Shown one piece after another: positions 29,347 through 29,496 of a stretch of DNA of 29,496 bases (positions are counted from its first letter, which is position 1; every line of letters begins with the position of its first letter). Under the pieces are notes generated by a model. The model was not told the origin of the DNA. It did no database searches and saw only the letters and a program-made list of their open reading frames with translations. Source of the DNA: a virus; IMG/VR virus record IMGVR_UViG_3300012346_000182, positions 1 to 29,496 of that record, one strand, 5' to 3'. A program made the position numbers and the translations under genes.

Positions 29347-29496
29347 GACAGCAATGCAATGGTTTTATGATGAATTATCCCAATGTCTACATCGTGAAGA
29401 GGTGTGTGATTTGGTTTATAAATTAGAACAGAAAGCCAAAGAAATGGAACGTGAGCAGATTATAGATGCTCATATTACAGGTTATATTATTGGGGG
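29339..29496 (+). CDS. 5' part of the junction-spanning hypothetical ORF (continues at 56..122 through the terminal repeat)
   Basis: ATG 29339, peptide MNKTAMQWFYDELSQCLHREEVCDLVYKLEQKAKEMEREQIIDAHITGYIIGG.... Open to the window end and in frame with 1..122. Confidence 0.55.
   Translation, partial: MNKTAMQWFYDELSQCLHREEVCDLVYKLEQKAKEMEREQIIDAHITGYIIG
29442..29496. repeat. Terminal direct repeat, copy 2 (identical to 1..55)
   Basis: Same 55-mer, aaatggaacgtgagcagattatagatgctcatattacaggttatattattggggg. Confidence 0.95.

Noticed and set aside
1-29496. Searched for CRISPR arrays, integrase/attP, lysogeny repressor-integrase modules, tRNAs, reverse transcriptase/retron or DGR elements, and toxin-antitoxin pairs
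   Set aside because: None found. There are no regularly spaced repeats, no tyrosine or serine recombinase motifs, no RT motifs and no cloverleaf-forming segments. Lifestyle (virulent or temperate) cannot be decided from this sequence beyond the absence of an integrase.

Overview
The first 55 nt are identical to the last 55 nt, so the window appears to be a complete, circularly closed genome with about 29,441 bp of unique sequence. It is an AT-rich tailed dsDNA phage with siphovirus-type tail genes. I saw no integrase, tRNA, CRISPR array or DNA polymerase/helicase/primase. There are three transcription blocks. (i) The + strand runs 26924 -> window end -> wrap -> 18188. It carries about 13 small ORFs, then virion genes: a tail assembly chaperone with a -1 frameshift site, a fiber, two large tail proteins, a tape-measure-like protein, an XkdF-like protease, a scaffold, the major capsid, a tail tube, a portal fused to a MuF/gp7-like domain, and a connector. 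A lysis cassette follows: holin, M15 endolysin, an inserted metallophosphoesterase, and an overlapped spanin-like pair. (ii) The - strand runs 24763 -> 18151. It carries early small ORFs, an SSB-like protein, HTH proteins, a DnaA-domain-IV-like protein, an HNH endonuclease, the large terminase and more small ORFs. It ends at a hairpin+T9 terminator. (iii) The + strand runs 24919 -> 26455 with a VRR-NUC nuclease, an ECF-like sigma factor, a Cys-rich protein and a small membrane protein. It ends at a strong terminator that is interleaved with a second 10-bp helix, followed by a 353-nt ORF-free structured region. Most starts lack Shine-Dalgarno sequences, and GTTG-N19-TATATTTG / TTTG-N21-TATATTTG boxes recur in front of genes. 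Both point, by inference, to a Bacteroidota (Flavobacteriia-like) host. The items most worth follow-up are: the A11 tract exactly at the portal/MuF domain junction with an immediate -1 frame stop; the T9 recoding site in the chaperone gene; the sigma / Cys-rich / membrane trio; the interleaved-helix terminator plus the ORF-free region; the scrambled morphogenesis gene order with terL on the opposite strand; and the overlapped spanin-like pair. All functional calls rest on motif recognition by eye and need HMM or structure searches to confirm.
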